A stretch of 60,980 bases of DNA, the filler included. It is 7 parts of 7 records of this genome, joined end to end, with 100 filler letters (N's around TTAATTAATTAA, not from the genome) between each part and the next. Parts side by side here need not be neighbours in the genome. Positions count along the whole stretch, not along the records: positions 9,109 to 18,020 come from SRR2962707_4299; positions 18,121 to 25,212 come from SRR2962707_4300; 5 more parts are not named here. The stretch is one strand, 5' to 3'. This document shows positions 9,109-20,205 of the stretch, in pieces. The position numbers were made by a program, and so were the translations under genes. The notes under the pieces were generated by a model. That model made no database searches and was not told where the DNA came from. It worked only from the letters and a program-made list of their open reading frames with translations. Positions within the stretch are counted from its first letter, which is position 1; each line of letters starts with the position of its first letter.

Positions 9109-11276
9109 TGGCCACCAACATTCCGCCGCACAATCTGGGCGAAGTGATCGACGGCTGTCTGGCGCTGATCGACGACGACAGCCTGACCCCGGACGACCTG
9201 ATGCAATACATCCAGGGCCCGGACTTCCCCACCGCTGGCATCATCAATGGCCGCGCCGGCATCGTGCAGGCGTACCGTACCGGCCGGGGCCGTATCTACG
9301 TGCGCGCCCGCGCCACCGTGGAAGAGGCGGACAAGAGCGGCAAGGAAGCAATCATCGTCACCGAGCTGCCGTATCAGGTGAACAAGGCGCGGCTGATCGA
9401 GAAGATCGCCGAGCTGGTCAAAGAGAAGAAAATCGAAGGCATCACCGAGCTGCGCGACGAGTCCGACAAAGAGGGCATGCGCATCTACATCGAGCTGCGT
9501 CGTGGCGAGAACGGTGACGTGGTGCTCAACAATCTCTATCAGCAGACGCAGATGGAGTCGGTGTTCGGCATCAATATGGTGGCGTTGGAAGACGGCCAGC
9601 CGAAGACACTGAACCTGCGCCAGCTGCTGGACGCTTTCCTGCGGCATCGCCGCGAAGTGGTTACCCGCCGCACCGTCTATGAATTGCGCAAAGCACGGGA
9701 AAAGGCGCATTTGCTGGAAGGCCTGGCGGTGGCTCTGGCCAACATCGACCCGGTGATCGAACTGATCAAGGCGTCGCCGAGCGGCGCCGAGGCCCGGGAA
9801 AAGCTGCTGGCCAAGGGCTGGCAGCCCGGCGATGTGCTGACCATGCTCGAACGCGCCGGTGGCGAGGATATCGCTCGTCCGGACAATCTGGACGAGCAGT
9901 TCGGCCTGCGTGACGGGCTTTACTACCTGTCTCCGGAACAGGCTCAGGCGATCCTGGATCTGCGCCTGCAGAAACTGACCGGCCTGGAGCGGGAGAAGCT
10001 GGTCACGGACTACCAGGAGTTGCTGGAACAGATCCGTGAGTTGAGCCTGATTCTGGCCGACCCGGAGCGCCTGCTTGAGGTGATTCGCGAGGAACTGCAA
10101 GCGATTCGTGACGAGTACGCGGATGAGCGCCGTTCCGAAATTCAGACTTCCCGCTCCGACCTGAGCATGGAAGATCTGATCGCCGAGGAAACCGTGGTGG
10201 TCACACTCAGCCACGGCGGTTACGCCAAGATTCAACCCATCGACACTTATACCGCGCAGCGTCGCGGCGGTCGCGGCAAGGCGGCGACGACGGTGAAGGA
10301 TGAGGACTATGTCGAGCAGCTGCTGGTGGCCGGCACCCACGATACGCTGTTGTGTTTCACCAGCATCGGCAAGGTGTACTGGCTGCGGGTGTTCGAATTG
10401 CCGCAGGGCGGGCGCAACTCCCGCGGTAAACCGATCGTCAATCTGATCCCGGCGTTGCAGAAGGAAGAGCGGATCACCGCTATCCTGCGGCTGGACGCGG
10501 AAATGGTGCGTCAGCAGGGCAATACCGACGACGAGGACGAGAACGAGGCGGAAGGCGCCGATGTCATCGAAGACGCCGAGGGTGTGGAAGAAGTGGATAC
10601 CACTCCCGGCCCGTTCATCTTCATGGCCATTTCCAATGGTGTGGTGAAACGCACCGAACTGGCCAAATTCGCCCGGCCGCGCAGCAATGGTCTGATCGCG
10701 GTCAAACTGCAGGAAGGCGAGCACCTGGTGAACGTGGCCATTACCCAGGGCGCCGAGGATGTGGTGCTGGTGGCCGGCAACGGCAAAGTGGTGCGTTTCC
10801 AGGAATCCAAGGTTCGGGTCATGGGCCGCGCCGCGCGGGGCGTGCGCGGCATGAAAGTCGCCGATGGCGAGGAAGTGATCGCGCTGATCGTACCGCAGGA
10901 AGGCGGCCAACTGCTGACCGCGTCCGAGCACGGCTATGGCAAGCGTACCGATCTGAGCGAGTTCCCGACCAAGGGGCGCGGCACCCAGGGTGTGATCGGC
11001 ATGGTGGTCAATGAGCGCAACGGTTCTCTGGTCGGCGCCGCTCAGGTATTTGGCGAGGAGGACATCATGCTGATCTCCAACCAGGGCACGCTGGTGCGTA
11101 CCCGGGTCGATGAGGTCAGCCATCTGAGCCGTAACACCCAGGGTGTGCGCCTGATCCGTCTTGGTGATGGTGAGGCGCTGTCCGGTCTGGCCACCATTCC
11201 CGAGCTGGAAGGCGCGGAGGACGTCGTCGACGACCTGGAAGAGAATCCGGAAGAAGACGGAAACGGAGAAGACTGA
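9109..11276 (+). CDS. gyrA: DNA gyrase subunit A, 5'-partial
   Basis: [24 protein letters not shown], GyrA box QRRGGRG, beta-pinwheel repeats and an acidic tail. Confidence 0.98.
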
Positions 11277-11352
11277 GGTTCCGTTTCCTGCTCCCGGCAT
11301 GACCATTCCGGCCCGGTTCGACCGGGCCGTTTTATCGATACGGAGAAACTGA

Positions 11353-12432
11353 ATGTCCCGCGCTTTCAACTTTTGCGCTGGTCCGGCGGCGTTGCCGGAA
11401 GCGGTGTTGCGTCAAGCCCAGGAAGAGTTGCTGGATTTTCGCGGCACCGGCATGTCGGTGATGGAAATGAGCCACCGTGATCAGGTGGTGGTGGAACTGG
11501 CCCAGCGTGCGGAGCAGGATCTGCGGGATTTGCTGGGTATCTCCGACGATTACGCGGTGTTGTTCCTGCACGGCGGCGCCAGCACCCAGTTCGCCATGGT
11601 GCCGCTGAACCTGATGGGGGACAACGGCAAGGCGGACTACGTCAACACCGGGCAGTGGTCCAGCAAAGCGATCAAGGAAGCGCGCCGTTACGGTGACATC
11701 AACGTGGCGGCCAGCAGCGAGGATCGCAACTTCAGCTATGTGCCGCCGCAAGCGGACTGGACCTTGTCCGCCGATGCCGATTACGTGCATTACTGTCCGA
11801 ACGAAACCATCGGCGGCCTGGAGTTTGACTTCATTCCCGAGGTGGACAAGCCGCTGGTGGCGGACATGAGTTCCACCATCCTGTCCCGGCCCCTGGACGT
11901 GAACCGGTTCGGCCTGATCTACGCCGGCGCGCAAAAGAATATCGGCCCGGCCGGCATCACCCTGGTGATCGTGCGCCGCGATTTGCTGGGGCGCGCGGGG
12001 GCCAAAGTGCCGGCGATGCTGAACTATCAGATCCACGCCGACAACGATTCCATGTACAACACGCCGCCGACCTTCGCCTGGTATCTGGCCGGTCTGGTGT
12101 TCCAGTGGCTCAAGGAGCAGGGCGGCTTGACCGCCATGGCCACCATCAATGAGCGCAAGGCGACGCGGCTGTACGACTTCATTGATGCCAGCGATTTCTA
12201 CAGCAACCCGGTGGAGAAGGCCAATCGCAGCTGGATGAACGTGCCGTTCGTGTTGGCCGACAGCGATCTGGACAAGGTTTTCCTGGCCGAGGCGGGCGCC
12301 GCCGGTTTGCACAATCTGAAAGGTCACCGCAGCGTGGGCGGCATGCGGGCCAGCATTTATAACGCGGTGCCGGAGGCCGCGGTGGAGGCCCTGGTGGCGT
12401 TCATGGCGGATTTCGAGAAGCGAAAGGGGTAA
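11353..12432 (+). CDS. serC: Phosphoserine aminotransferase
   Basis: [22 protein letters not shown] and [11 protein letters not shown] motifs. Confidence 0.98.
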   Translation: MSRAFNFCAGPAALPEAVLRQAQEELLDFRGTGMSVMEMSHRDQVVVELAQRAEQDLRDLLGISDDYAVLFLHGGASTQFAMVPLNLMGDNGKADYVNTGQWSSKAIKEARRYGDINVAASSEDRNFSYVPPQADWTLSADADYVHYCPNETIGGLEFDFIPEVDKPLVADMSSTILSRPLDVNRFGLIYAGAQKNIGPAGITLVIVRRDLLGRAGAKVPAMLNYQIHADNDSMYNTPPTFAWYLAGLVFQWLKEQGGLTAMATINERKATRLYDFIDASDFYSNPVEKANRSWMNVPFVLADSDLDKVFLAEAGAAGLHNLKGHRSVGGMRASIYNAVPEAAVEALVAFMADFEKRKG

Positions 12433-12448
12433 AGCGCTAACGCGCGAA

Positions 12449-12613
12449 ACGCCGGCACGCGTATAACGCGCTGGCACGCCATGTTGGGTGGGGGTGTCGA
12501 AAGCGGCGGATATGGCGATTGCCGGTGGTGCCCGCAAAGACGATGGGAAACAATGGTGGCACAATCCGGCCGTGCGCTCCCCCGCAGTGCGCGGGCGTTA
12601 TCCGTGCCGGCGT
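12449..12613 (+). other. Structured intergenic element (nested inverted repeats)
   Basis: ACGCCGGCACG (12449-12459) is the reverse complement of 12603-12613; ATAACGC/GCGTTAT, GCCGG/CCGGC and GTGCC/GGCAC pairs are nested inside. Confidence 0.5.
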
Positions 12614-12629
12614 GCAAGCGAGAGAGACA

Positions 12630-13712
12630 ATGACCGATTCGTTGGACAGCCTGAGGGATCAAATCGACGCTCTGGATCAGCAGCTCCAGACGTTGCTCAA
12701 TCGCCGGGCCGAACTGGCCCATGCGGTGGCGGATGTGAAGCGCCGCGAGGACAGCAATCCGGTGTTCTATCGCCCTGAACGCGAGGCTCAGGTGCTGCAG
12801 CGTATCAAGGAGCGCAACCAGGGCCCCATCGACGGTGAGGCCATGGCCCGGCTGTTCCGCGAGGTGATGAGTATTTGCCTGGCGCTGGAACAGCCCATGC
12901 GGGTGGCATTCCTGGGACCGGAGGGCACCTTCACCCAGCAGGCGGCGATCAAGCACTTTGGCCACGCGGTGGAAAGCGTGCCGCTTGGCGCGATCGACGA
13001 AGTGTTCCGCGAAGTGGAAGCCGGGGCCGCCCATTACGGCGTGGTGCCGGTGGAAAACTCCACCGAGGGCATGGTCAGCCATACCCTGGACACCTTCATG
13101 TCCTCCAGCCTGAAAATCTGCGGCGAGGTGGAGCTGCGCATCCACCACCATTTGCTGGCGGGACCTCACACCCGCCGTGACAAGGTCACCCGCGTTTATT
13201 CGCACCAGCAAACCCTGGCCCAGTGCCGCCAGTGGCTGGATGCGCATCTGCCCACGGTGGAGCGTATTCCGGTGAGTTCCAATGCGGAGGCCGCGCGGCG
13301 GCTGCGTGACGAATGGAACGCGCTGGCCATCGCCGGCGACATGGCGGCCGAGCTTTATGGGCTGGAGCGGGTACAGAGTAATATCGAGGACCGTCCGGAC
13401 AACACCACACGGTTCCTGGTGATCGGACGCCAGGACACGCCGCCGTCCGGCCGTGACAAGACCAGCATGCTGGTCACCGGCAAGAATCGCCCCGGGCTGC
13501 TTTCCGATATGCTGCTGCCGTTCCGCGAACAGGGCGTCAACCTGACCCGTCTGGAAAGCCGTCCGTCACGTACCGCCAACTGGAGCTATGTGTTCTTCAT
13601 CGATTGCGAAGGGCACAAGGAAGATCCGCTGTTGAAGAGCGTGCTGGAAAAGCTGGAAGGGGATGGCAACACCATCCGTATCCTGGGCTCCTACCCCAAA
13701 GCGGTATTGTAG
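12630..13712 (+). CDS. pheA: Chorismate mutase/prephenate dehydratase (P-protein)
   Basis: LRDQIDALD CM domain; FLGPEGTFT, PVENSTEG, NTTRF and ESRP motifs. Confidence 0.97.
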   Translation: MTDSLDSLRDQIDALDQQLQTLLNRRAELAHAVADVKRREDSNPVFYRPEREAQVLQRIKERNQGPIDGEAMARLFREVMSICLALEQPMRVAFLGPEGTFTQQAAIKHFGHAVESVPLGAIDEVFREVEAGAAHYGVVPVENSTEGMVSHTLDTFMSSSLKICGEVELRIHHHLLAGPHTRRDKVTRVYSHQQTLAQCRQWLDAHLPTVERIPVSSNAEAARRLRDEWNALAIAGDMAAELYGLERVQSNIEDRPDNTTRFLVIGRQDTPPSGRDKTSMLVTGKNRPGLLSDMLLPFREQGVNLTRLESRPSRTANWSYVFFIDCEGHKEDPLLKSVLEKLEGDGNTIRILGSYPKAVL

Positions 13713-13751
13713 AAAAGGCCGTGGATTCGGCCTGAACAAACAGGAAACACC

Positions 13752-14864
13752 ATGACCTGCGATTACATCAAACTGGCTAACGGCGGTGTGCAGCGGCTGC
13801 AACCCTATTCTCCCGGTAAACCGATCGAGGAACTGGAGCGGGAACTGGGTATTCGCGACATCATCAAACTGGCCAGTAACGAGAACCCTCTGGGGCCCAG
13901 TCACAAAGCGCTGGAAGCGGCGAAGCGGGCGCTGGAGCAGGTTCACCTCTATCCTGACGGCGCCGGCTTCGGCCTGAAGACGGCGCTGGCGGAAAAGCTC
14001 GGCGTCAACAGCAATCAGATCACCCTGGGTAACGGCTCCAACGATATTCTCGAACTGGTGGCCCGGGCTTATCTGCAGCCCGGGGAAGAGACGGTCTACG
14101 CGGAATACGCGTTCGCCATCTATCCATTGGTGACCGTGGCCTGCTCGGCCAAACCGGTGATGGTGCCGGCGCATCTCTATGGCCACGATCTGGCCGCCAT
14201 GGCGGACGCCATCAACCAGAACACCCGTATCGTGTTCCTGGCCAACCCGAACAACCCCACCGGCACCTGGTTCAATGATGTGGCGCTGGACCGTTTCCTT
14301 GAGCGGGTGCCGGAAGATGTACTGGTGGTTTTGGACGAGGCCTATTTCGAGTATGTGGAAGAGGCCCATTACCCCGACGGTCTGCGCCGGCTGGCGCGCT
14401 ATCCGAACCTGATCGTCACCCGCACCTTTTCCAAGATTCACGGGCTTGCCGGGCTGCGGGTGGGCTATGCGGTGTCGCATCCGGACGTGGCCGATATCCT
14501 CAACCGGGTGCGTCAGCCGTTCAACGTCAATATCCCCGCCCTGGCCGCCGCCGAGGCGGCGCTGGACGATACCGACCATCTGGAGAACTCCCGCTGCGAG
14601 AACACCGCCGGTCTCGGCCAGTTGGTGGAAGGGCTGAATCAGCTCGGGCTGGAGCATATTCCCTCGGTGGCCAACTTCATTACCGTGGATTGCGCCGGTG
14701 AGGCCTTGCCGGTGTACGAGGCGCTGCTGCGTGAAGGCGTCATCGTGCGCCCGCTTGGCGGCTATGGTCTGCCCAACCACCTGCGCGTCACGGTGGGCAC
14801 GGCGCGGGAAAACGAACGTTTCCTGAAGGCCCTGGGCAAGGTCATCAAAGCGGGGGCGCGCTGA
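13752..14864 (+). CDS. hisC: Histidinol-phosphate/aromatic aminotransferase
   Basis: KLASNENP, NPNNPTG, DEAY and RTFSKIHGLAGLRVG motifs. Confidence 0.95.
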   Translation: MTCDYIKLANGGVQRLQPYSPGKPIEELERELGIRDIIKLASNENPLGPSHKALEAAKRALEQVHLYPDGAGFGLKTALAEKLGVNSNQITLGNGSNDILELVARAYLQPGEETVYAEYAFAIYPLVTVACSAKPVMVPAHLYGHDLAAMADAINQNTRIVFLANPNNPTGTWFNDVALDRFLERVPEDVLVVLDEAYFEYVEEAHYPDGLRRLARYPNLIVTRTFSKIHGLAGLRVGYAVSHPDVADILNRVRQPFNVNIPALAAAEAALDDTDHLENSRCENTAGLGQLVEGLNQLGLEHIPSVANFITVDCAGEALPVYEALLREGVIVRPLGGYGLPNHLRVTVGTARENERFLKALGKVIKAGAR

Positions 14865-17107
14865 TGAGCCGTGACGCCCCGCTGTTTCGACGGGTGGCGA
14901 TCATCGGGCTGGGCCTGATCGGCGGCTCTTTTGCCGCCGCTTTGCGGGAGCGGGGCCTGGCGGGCACGCTGGTGGCCGGCAGCCGTTCCGCCCGGACCCT
15001 GGAACAGGGCCTGGCCATGGGGCTGATCGATGAAGGCAGCCAGGATCTGGCGTTGGCGGTGCGTGGCGCCGATCTGGTGTTGCTTTCGACGCCGGTGTCA
15101 GCAATGGAGCGCTCCCTGGCGGCGCTGGCGCCGGGGCTGTCGGAGCGCGCCATCGTCACCGACGGCGGCAGCGTCAAGGGCAGTGTCATCGCCGCCGCTC
15201 GCCGGACGCTGGGGGGGCATTTTTCCCGCTTCGTGCCCGGACATCCCATCGCCGGAAAGGAAACCAGCGGCGTGGCCGCCGCCGACGCCGGCCTCTACCA
15301 GGATCACCGGGTGATTCTCACGCCGCTGGCGCAGACCGATCCGGCGGCCACCCGCGCGGTGCGCGAACTGTGGACCGCGCTGGGCAGCGAAGTGCTGGAG
15401 ATGACGCCGGAGCATCACGACCGCGTGCTGGCGGAAACCAGCCATTTGCCCCATCTTCTGGCGTTTTCCCTGGTCGATACCCTGGCACGCCAGGGCGATT
15501 CCACGGAGATCTTCCGCTACGCCGCCGGGGGATTCCGCGATTTCACCCGTATCGCCAGTTCCGACCCGGTGATGTGGCACGATATCTTTCAGGAGAACCG
15601 GCGGGCGGTGCTGGATGCTCTGGCCCTGTTCCGGGATGGCATCGACGGTTTCCGTGACGCCATCGAGGCCGGTGACTCCGACGCCCTGATGGGTATCATG
15701 ACCCGCGCCAACACGGCACGGGCCCATTTTCTGGCGCTCAATGCGAGGACCTCCTATACGCAGGCGCGCCATTCGGATAACGAGAGCAGCATGAGCGATC
15801 AGCACGATCCCACCTTCGTGGTTCAGCCCGGTGGCAGCCTGCGGGGCCGCGCCCGGGTACCCGGCGACAAATCCATTTCCCACCGGTCCATCATGCTCGG
15901 CGCTCTGGCTGACGGCATCACGGAAGTGGAAGGGTTTCTCGAAGGGGAGGACGCGCTTGCCACCTTGCAGGCGTTCCGTGACATGGGCGTGGTGATCGAA
16001 GGCCCCCATAACGGCAAGGTCACCGTGCATGGGGTCGGTTTGCACGGCCTGAAGGATCCGGGCAAGCCGCTCTACATGGGCAACTCCGGCACCTCCATGC
16101 GCTTGCTCACCGGGCTGCTGGCCGGTCAGGCGTTTGACGTTACCCTCACCGGTGATGCTTCGCTGTCCAAGCGGCCGATGGAACGGGTGGCCAAACCGCT
16201 GCGGGAAATGGGCGCCAGTATTCAAACCGGCGACGGCGGCCGCCCGCCGGTGCGGATCCGTGGCGGGCAGACACTCAAGGGCTTTCATTATGACTTGCCG
16301 ATGGCGTCCGCCCAGGTCAAATCCGCGCTGTTGCTGGCAGGGCTTTACGCCCAGGGCGAGACAGCGGTGACGGAACCGGCGCCGACCCGCGATCACACCG
16401 AACGCATGCTCTCCGGTTTCGGTTATCCGGTGCGCAGTGAAGGGCCGCTACGCGCGGTCACCGGGGGCGGCGCCCTGCGCGCTTGTCATCTGGAAGTTCC
16501 GGCGGATATTTCTTCTTCCGCGTTCCTGCTGGTTGGCGCTTCCATCGCGGCGGGCAGTGACGTGCTGCTGCCTCATGTCGGCATCAACCCGACCCGTACC
16601 GGCGTGATCGATATCCTGCGTTTGATGGGGGCCGATATCACCCTGGAGAATCAACGTGACAGCGGCGGCGAGCCGGTGGCGGATCTGCGGGTCAGAAGCG
16701 CGCCGCTCAAGGGTATCGAGATTCCCGCCGAGCTGGTGCCGCTGGCCATTGATGAATTTCCGGCGATCTTTGTCGCCGCCGCCTGTGCTGAAGGCGACAC
16801 CGTGCTGCACGGCGCCGAGGAACTGCGGGTGAAGGAGTCCGATCGCATTCAGGTGATGGCCGACGGCCTGAGCGCCCTGGGCGTGGATCTGGAGGTGTTC
16901 GAGGATGGCATCCGCATTACCGGCGGTGTTCTCGGTGGTGCCGAGGTGGAATCCCACGATGATCACCGGATCGCCATGAGCTTCGCCATTGCCGGGCTGC
17001 GCGCCACGGCGCCGATCACCATTCGCCATTGTGCCACTGTGGCCACCAGCTTCCCCGGGTTCGCCGACCTGATGCGGTCGCTGGGGCTGGGCCTGGAGGT
17101 TCGATGA
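14864..17107 (+). CDS. aroA: Bifunctional prephenate dehydrogenase / EPSP synthase
   Basis: N-terminal [14 protein letters not shown] and SHLPH; C-terminal [21 protein letters not shown] and DHRIAM. Confidence 0.97.
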   Translation: MSRDAPLFRRVAIIGLGLIGGSFAAALRERGLAGTLVAGSRSARTLEQGLAMGLIDEGSQDLALAVRGADLVLLSTPVSAMERSLAALAPGLSERAIVTDGGSVKGSVIAAARRTLGGHFSRFVPGHPIAGKETSGVAAADAGLYQDHRVILTPLAQTDPAATRAVRELWTALGSEVLEMTPEHHDRVLAETSHLPHLLAFSLVDTLARQGDSTEIFRYAAGGFRDFTRIASSDPVMWHDIFQENRRAVLDALALFRDGIDGFRDAIEAGDSDALMGIMTRANTARAHFLALNARTSYTQARHSDNESSMSDQHDPTFVVQPGGSLRGRARVPGDKSISHRSIMLGALADGITEVEGFLEGEDALATLQAFRDMGVVIEGPHNGKVTVHGVGLHGLKDPGKPLYMGNSGTSMRLLTGLLAGQAFDVTLTGDASLSKRPMERVAKPLREMGASIQTGDGGRPPVRIRGGQTLKGFHYDLPMASAQVKSALLLAGLYAQGETAVTEPAPTRDHTERMLSGFGYPVRSEGPLRAVTGGGALRACHLEVPADISSSAFLLVGASIAAGSDVLLPHVGINPTRTGVIDILRLMGADITLENQRDSGGEPVADLRVRSAPLKGIEIPAELVPLAIDEFPAIFVAAACAEGDTVLHGAEELRVKESDRIQVMADGLSALGVDLEVFEDGIRITGGVLGGAEVESHDDHRIAMSFAIAGLRATAPITIRHCATVATSFPGFADLMRSLGLGLEVR

Positions 17108-17775
17108 TTCCTATTATCGCCATTGACGGACCGGTTTCCTCCGGCAAGGGCACCGTGGCGCGGCGGGTAGCGTCCGCGCTGGGCTGGCATCTGCTTGATT
17201 CCGGCGCCCTGTACCGGGTGCTGGGGCTGCATGCGCGACACCAGGGGGTGGCCCTGGATAACAAGCTCGAGCTGGTGGACCTGGCGGAGAATCTGCCTGT
17301 CCGGTTCGTGGAGCGGGGCGGGGACACCCGCGTGGTGCTCGAGGAAACCGACGTCAGCGAGGAGATCCGCCAGGAAAGCGTGGGCGAACTGGCCAGCCAG
17401 GTGGCGGTGTTGCAGCCGGTTCGCGATGCCTTGTTCGCACGTCAGCGGGCGTTCGCCCAGGCGCCGGGATTGGTGGCGGACGGTCGTGACATGGGCACGG
17501 TGGTGTTTCGTGACGCCCCGCTGAAGATCTATTTGACCGCCAGCGCCGAGGAGCGCGCCCGGCGGCGCTACAATCAGTTGAAAGAAAAGGGGTTTGATGC
17601 TACCCTCGCGGCCCTTGTGGAGGATATTCGTACTCGTGATGAGCGGGATATGAAGCGCTCCGTGGCACCGCTGAAACCGGCGGAAGATGCCCTGGAGCTG
17701 GACTCCACGGACCTGACTGTGGATCAGGTGGTTGCGCGTATCCTCGATGAGGCAGCGGCCCGCTCACTGATCTGA
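17104..17775 (+). CDS. cmk: Cytidylate kinase
   Basis: [12 protein letters not shown]-loop, DSGALYR and [14 protein letters not shown] overlap with aroA. Confidence 0.97.
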   Translation: MIPIIAIDGPVSSGKGTVARRVASALGWHLLDSGALYRVLGLHARHQGVALDNKLELVDLAENLPVRFVERGGDTRVVLEETDVSEEIRQESVGELASQVAVLQPVRDALFARQRAFAQAPGLVADGRDMGTVVFRDAPLKIYLTASAEERARRRYNQLKEKGFDATLAALVEDIRTRDERDMKRSVAPLKPAEDALELDSTDLTVDQVVARILDEAAARSLI

Positions 17776-17973
17776 CGATCAGGCACAATTGGTTTTCAGA
17801 GCCCGAACCGGCTCTTTAAACGGCTTCGGACGCGCCCTGATTGCGGTGGTGCGGCTGGAGCCGTTGCTGCATAACGAACGCCAGCCCCTTACAGTAAACC
17901 AGCTTGGGGTGGTGATCGCTTTATCCATAACCCGCGTCTGCTGGCTGGCGCGTGTATCGTGAGACGTTTTTTC
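17776..17973 (+). promoter_or_regulatory. rpsA 5' leader, structured and lacking an SD
   Basis: Several hairpins and a U-tract (TTTTTTC) before the ATG instead of an SD; gammaproteobacterial rpsA leaders are known to be SD-less and autoregulated. Confidence 0.5.
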
Positions 17974-18020
17974 ATGACTGAATCTTTTGCCGAACTTTTT
18001 GAAGAAAGCCTTAAGGACCT
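17974..18020 (+). CDS. rpsA: 30S ribosomal protein S1, 5' fragment
   Basis: MTESFAELFEESLKD, located after cmk. Confidence 0.95.
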
Positions 18021-18120
18021 NNNNNNNNNNNNNNNNNNNNNNNNNNNNNNNNNNNNNNNNNNNNTTAATTAATTAANNNNNNNNNNNNNNNNNNNNNNNN
18101 NNNNNNNNNNNNNNNNNNNN
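18021..18120. other. Artificial contig spacer
   Basis: N44-TTAATTAATTAA-N44. Confidence 0.99.
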
Positions 18121-18123
18121 TTT

Positions 18124-18186
18124 ATGGCCGCCGTCCATGGCGGCCACCCTTCGGGCCGTCGCAAAGCAACGTTAAAAATCGTTCCC
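18124..18186. repeat. Palindromic dispersed-repeat fragment at contig end
   Basis: GGCCGCC-GTCCAT-GGCGGCC hairpin, then CCCTTCGGG and GTCGC-AAA-GCAAC hairpins. Confidence 0.45.
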
Positions 18187-18512
18187 TAGGTCTCCAACGG
18201 ATAGCCCGCTTCCTGCCAGTCCGCCTTGCCTTCCACGTACTCCAATACATTCCGGTAACCGGCACCGCGCAGAAAACCGGCGGCAATGCGCGAATTCTGG
18301 CAACCGGTATTGGCGCAATACACCACGATGGTGGCGTCCTTGTCCGGTAGTGCCGTGCCGGCGAGGGCACTCACCTCCTCATGGGGGATATTGATCGCCC
18401 CGGGCAGATGACCGCTATGGAAATGCCGTTCCGGCAAGGCCTCCACCAGCACCATGGGGTCACCGTTATCCAGACGCCGTTTCAGTTCATCACGTTGAAT
18501 GCTGTCGTTCAT
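18186..18512 (-). CDS. Single-domain rhodanese-like protein
   Basis: GHLPGAINI, IVVYCANTGC active-site loop and EGKADW. Confidence 0.9.
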   Translation of the reverse strand: MNDSIQRDELKRRLDNGDPMVLVEALPERHFHSGHLPGAINIPHEEVSALAGTALPDKDATIVVYCANTGCQNSRIAAGFLRGAGYRNVLEYVEGKADWQEAGYPLET

Positions 18513-18530
18513 GGTTTCACTCCTTTTTAC

Positions 18531-18585
18531 TTGGTTGCAAATGCAACCAAAACAACCCTACTCGCAACCGGTTGCACTTGCAACC
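18531..18585. promoter_or_regulatory. Two palindromic operators GGTTGCA-N2-TGCAACC
   Basis: TTGGTTGCA-AA-TGCAACCAA (18531-18550) and GGTTGCA-CT-TGCAACC (18570-18585), between divergent rhodanese and marR. Confidence 0.75.
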
Positions 18586-18607
18586 ACCTGCCGTTACTCT
18601 GGTGAAC

Positions 18608-19042
18608 ATGAATACGACTCCCACGGAACAAACGATTGCCGCCTGGGCCCGGCTGCTTCGCGTTCATACGCAATGGCAGGAACAGGTGCAATCGGCACTG
18701 AAAGCAGCGGATTTGCCTCCCCTGGCATGGTATGACGTGCTGCTGGAACTGCATCGCAAACGGCACGGCCTGCGGCAGTACGAGATCGGCGAGCGCATGC
18801 TGCTGCCCAAGCACAACCTGTCCCGCTTGCTTGACCGCCTGGAAAAGGAGGCATTGGTGACCCGGCGGACCAGTCCGGAGGACGGCCGGGGCAACCGGGT
18901 TCTGATCACCCGCTCCGGCCGCCGGCTGCTGCAACGCATGTGGCCGGTCTACGGCCGGGTTATCCAGGAATGTCTGGGACAGCGGCTGACCGCCGCCGAG
19001 GTAACCACTCTGGCGAAACTGCTGGACAAACTGCAGCAATAA
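18608..19042 (+). CDS. MarR-family transcriptional regulator
   Basis: WYDVLLEL, LSRLLDRLEKEALVTR and EDGRG wHTH motifs. Confidence 0.93.
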   Translation: MNTTPTEQTIAAWARLLRVHTQWQEQVQSALKAADLPPLAWYDVLLELHRKRHGLRQYEIGERMLLPKHNLSRLLDRLEKEALVTRRTSPEDGRGNRVLITRSGRRLLQRMWPVYGRVIQECLGQRLTAAEVTTLAKLLDKLQQ

Positions 19043-19156
19043 CCGGCTCTGAACAAAGCCTCTGACGTTTTGGACCCGGGGTCCGAATCGGCCTATTCTG
19101 AGAGCCTGAATGACAGAACAACGCAAGATACGTCCTGAACGCATGAGGTAGCGACC

Positions 19157-20038
19157 ATGACGTCTTCCCGGCCCGGCGCCGGGCGTTCCTCCAATGAAGA
19201 TTCTGCTCTGGTGGATCCGTCCCCCCGTTACGATTATCTGGAATACAGCCCTCACGCCGTGTCCGGCGATCAGCCGCTTGCCGCCGAAGTGGCGGTGGCG
19301 ATCAGCTATAACGGCATCAATCACGCGGTAATGATGGCGACCCCCAACGATATGGAGGATTTTGTTACCGGCTTCACACTGACCGCGGGACTGGTGGATA
19401 GCCCCCTGGCGATCCATGGCATCGATCTGACGCCGCAGGAAGACGCGATCCAGGTTGAAGTGACTTTAAGTAGCCGAGCCTTCACCGCCTTCAAACACCG
19501 ACGCCGCGGCCAGGCGGGCAGCGGCGGCTGCGGCCTGTGCGGGGTGGAGGCCCTGGATCAAGCCCTACCTCCATTGCCCGCGCGGGATGCCGCGCCACTG
19601 CCACCAATGGTCCACCTGGCGGGATTACGTGAACGCTTCCAGGCGACACAAGCTCTTGCCCGCGACAGCGGCGCCATGCACGCGGCGGTTTATGTGGATG
19701 GTGCTGGTAAAACGCGTCTGTGCCGCGAGGACATCGGCCGTCATAACGCCCTGGACAAGCTGATCGGCGCCTGCGTCCGCGCGGGTCTGGATCCGGGCAG
19801 CGGCTTTTTTGCCATCACCAGCCGTTGCGGCCTGGAATTGATCCACAAAGCAGTGCGTGCCGGCGCCGGCACCCTGGTGAGTTTGTCCGCGCCATCATCG
19901 CTGAGCGTGCGGCGGGCGCGCAGCAGCCGGCTGAACCTGATTCATCAGCCCCACCACGGCGCTCCCCGATTGTTCAGTCCGCCCCCCGGAGAGCAAACCA
20001 GGCACAGACACCTGGGCCAAGAACCCAGGAAGGCTTAG
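19157..20038 (+). CDS. fdhD: Formate dehydrogenase accessory sulfurtransferase
   Basis: VMMATP, GCGLCG, GAMHAA, REDIGRHNALDKLIG, TSR and SAPS motifs. Confidence 0.93.
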   Translation: MTSSRPGAGRSSNEDSALVDPSPRYDYLEYSPHAVSGDQPLAAEVAVAISYNGINHAVMMATPNDMEDFVTGFTLTAGLVDSPLAIHGIDLTPQEDAIQVEVTLSSRAFTAFKHRRRGQAGSGGCGLCGVEALDQALPPLPARDAAPLPPMVHLAGLRERFQATQALARDSGAMHAAVYVDGAGKTRLCREDIGRHNALDKLIGACVRAGLDPGSGFFAITSRCGLELIHKAVRAGAGTLVSLSAPSSLSVRRARSSRLNLIHQPHHGAPRLFSPPPGEQTRHRHLGQEPRKA

Positions 20039-20205
20039 TCGCCCGGAATTTTATCGGGCGGCCGGCCACCTGTTTCGCGGTCTTGTCGGCAAATCACCAT
20101 TGGCGGGCAGTAATAGTCCTACACGTATTTCAGCCTGGTCCTGCATTCCCGGCCGGCCCCTTCTTCTACACTGGCTCCGTCAATGGATGACCAGGAGGAA
20201 CAAGG

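Noticed and set aside
10500-10610. Acidic insertion in the GyrA C-terminal domain as an intein or novel domain
   Set aside because: Short, with no intein motifs; such acidic loops occur in related GyrA proteins.
14864-17107. TyrA-AroA fusion as a novelty
   Set aside because: Well known in Pseudomonas, Acinetobacter and relatives.
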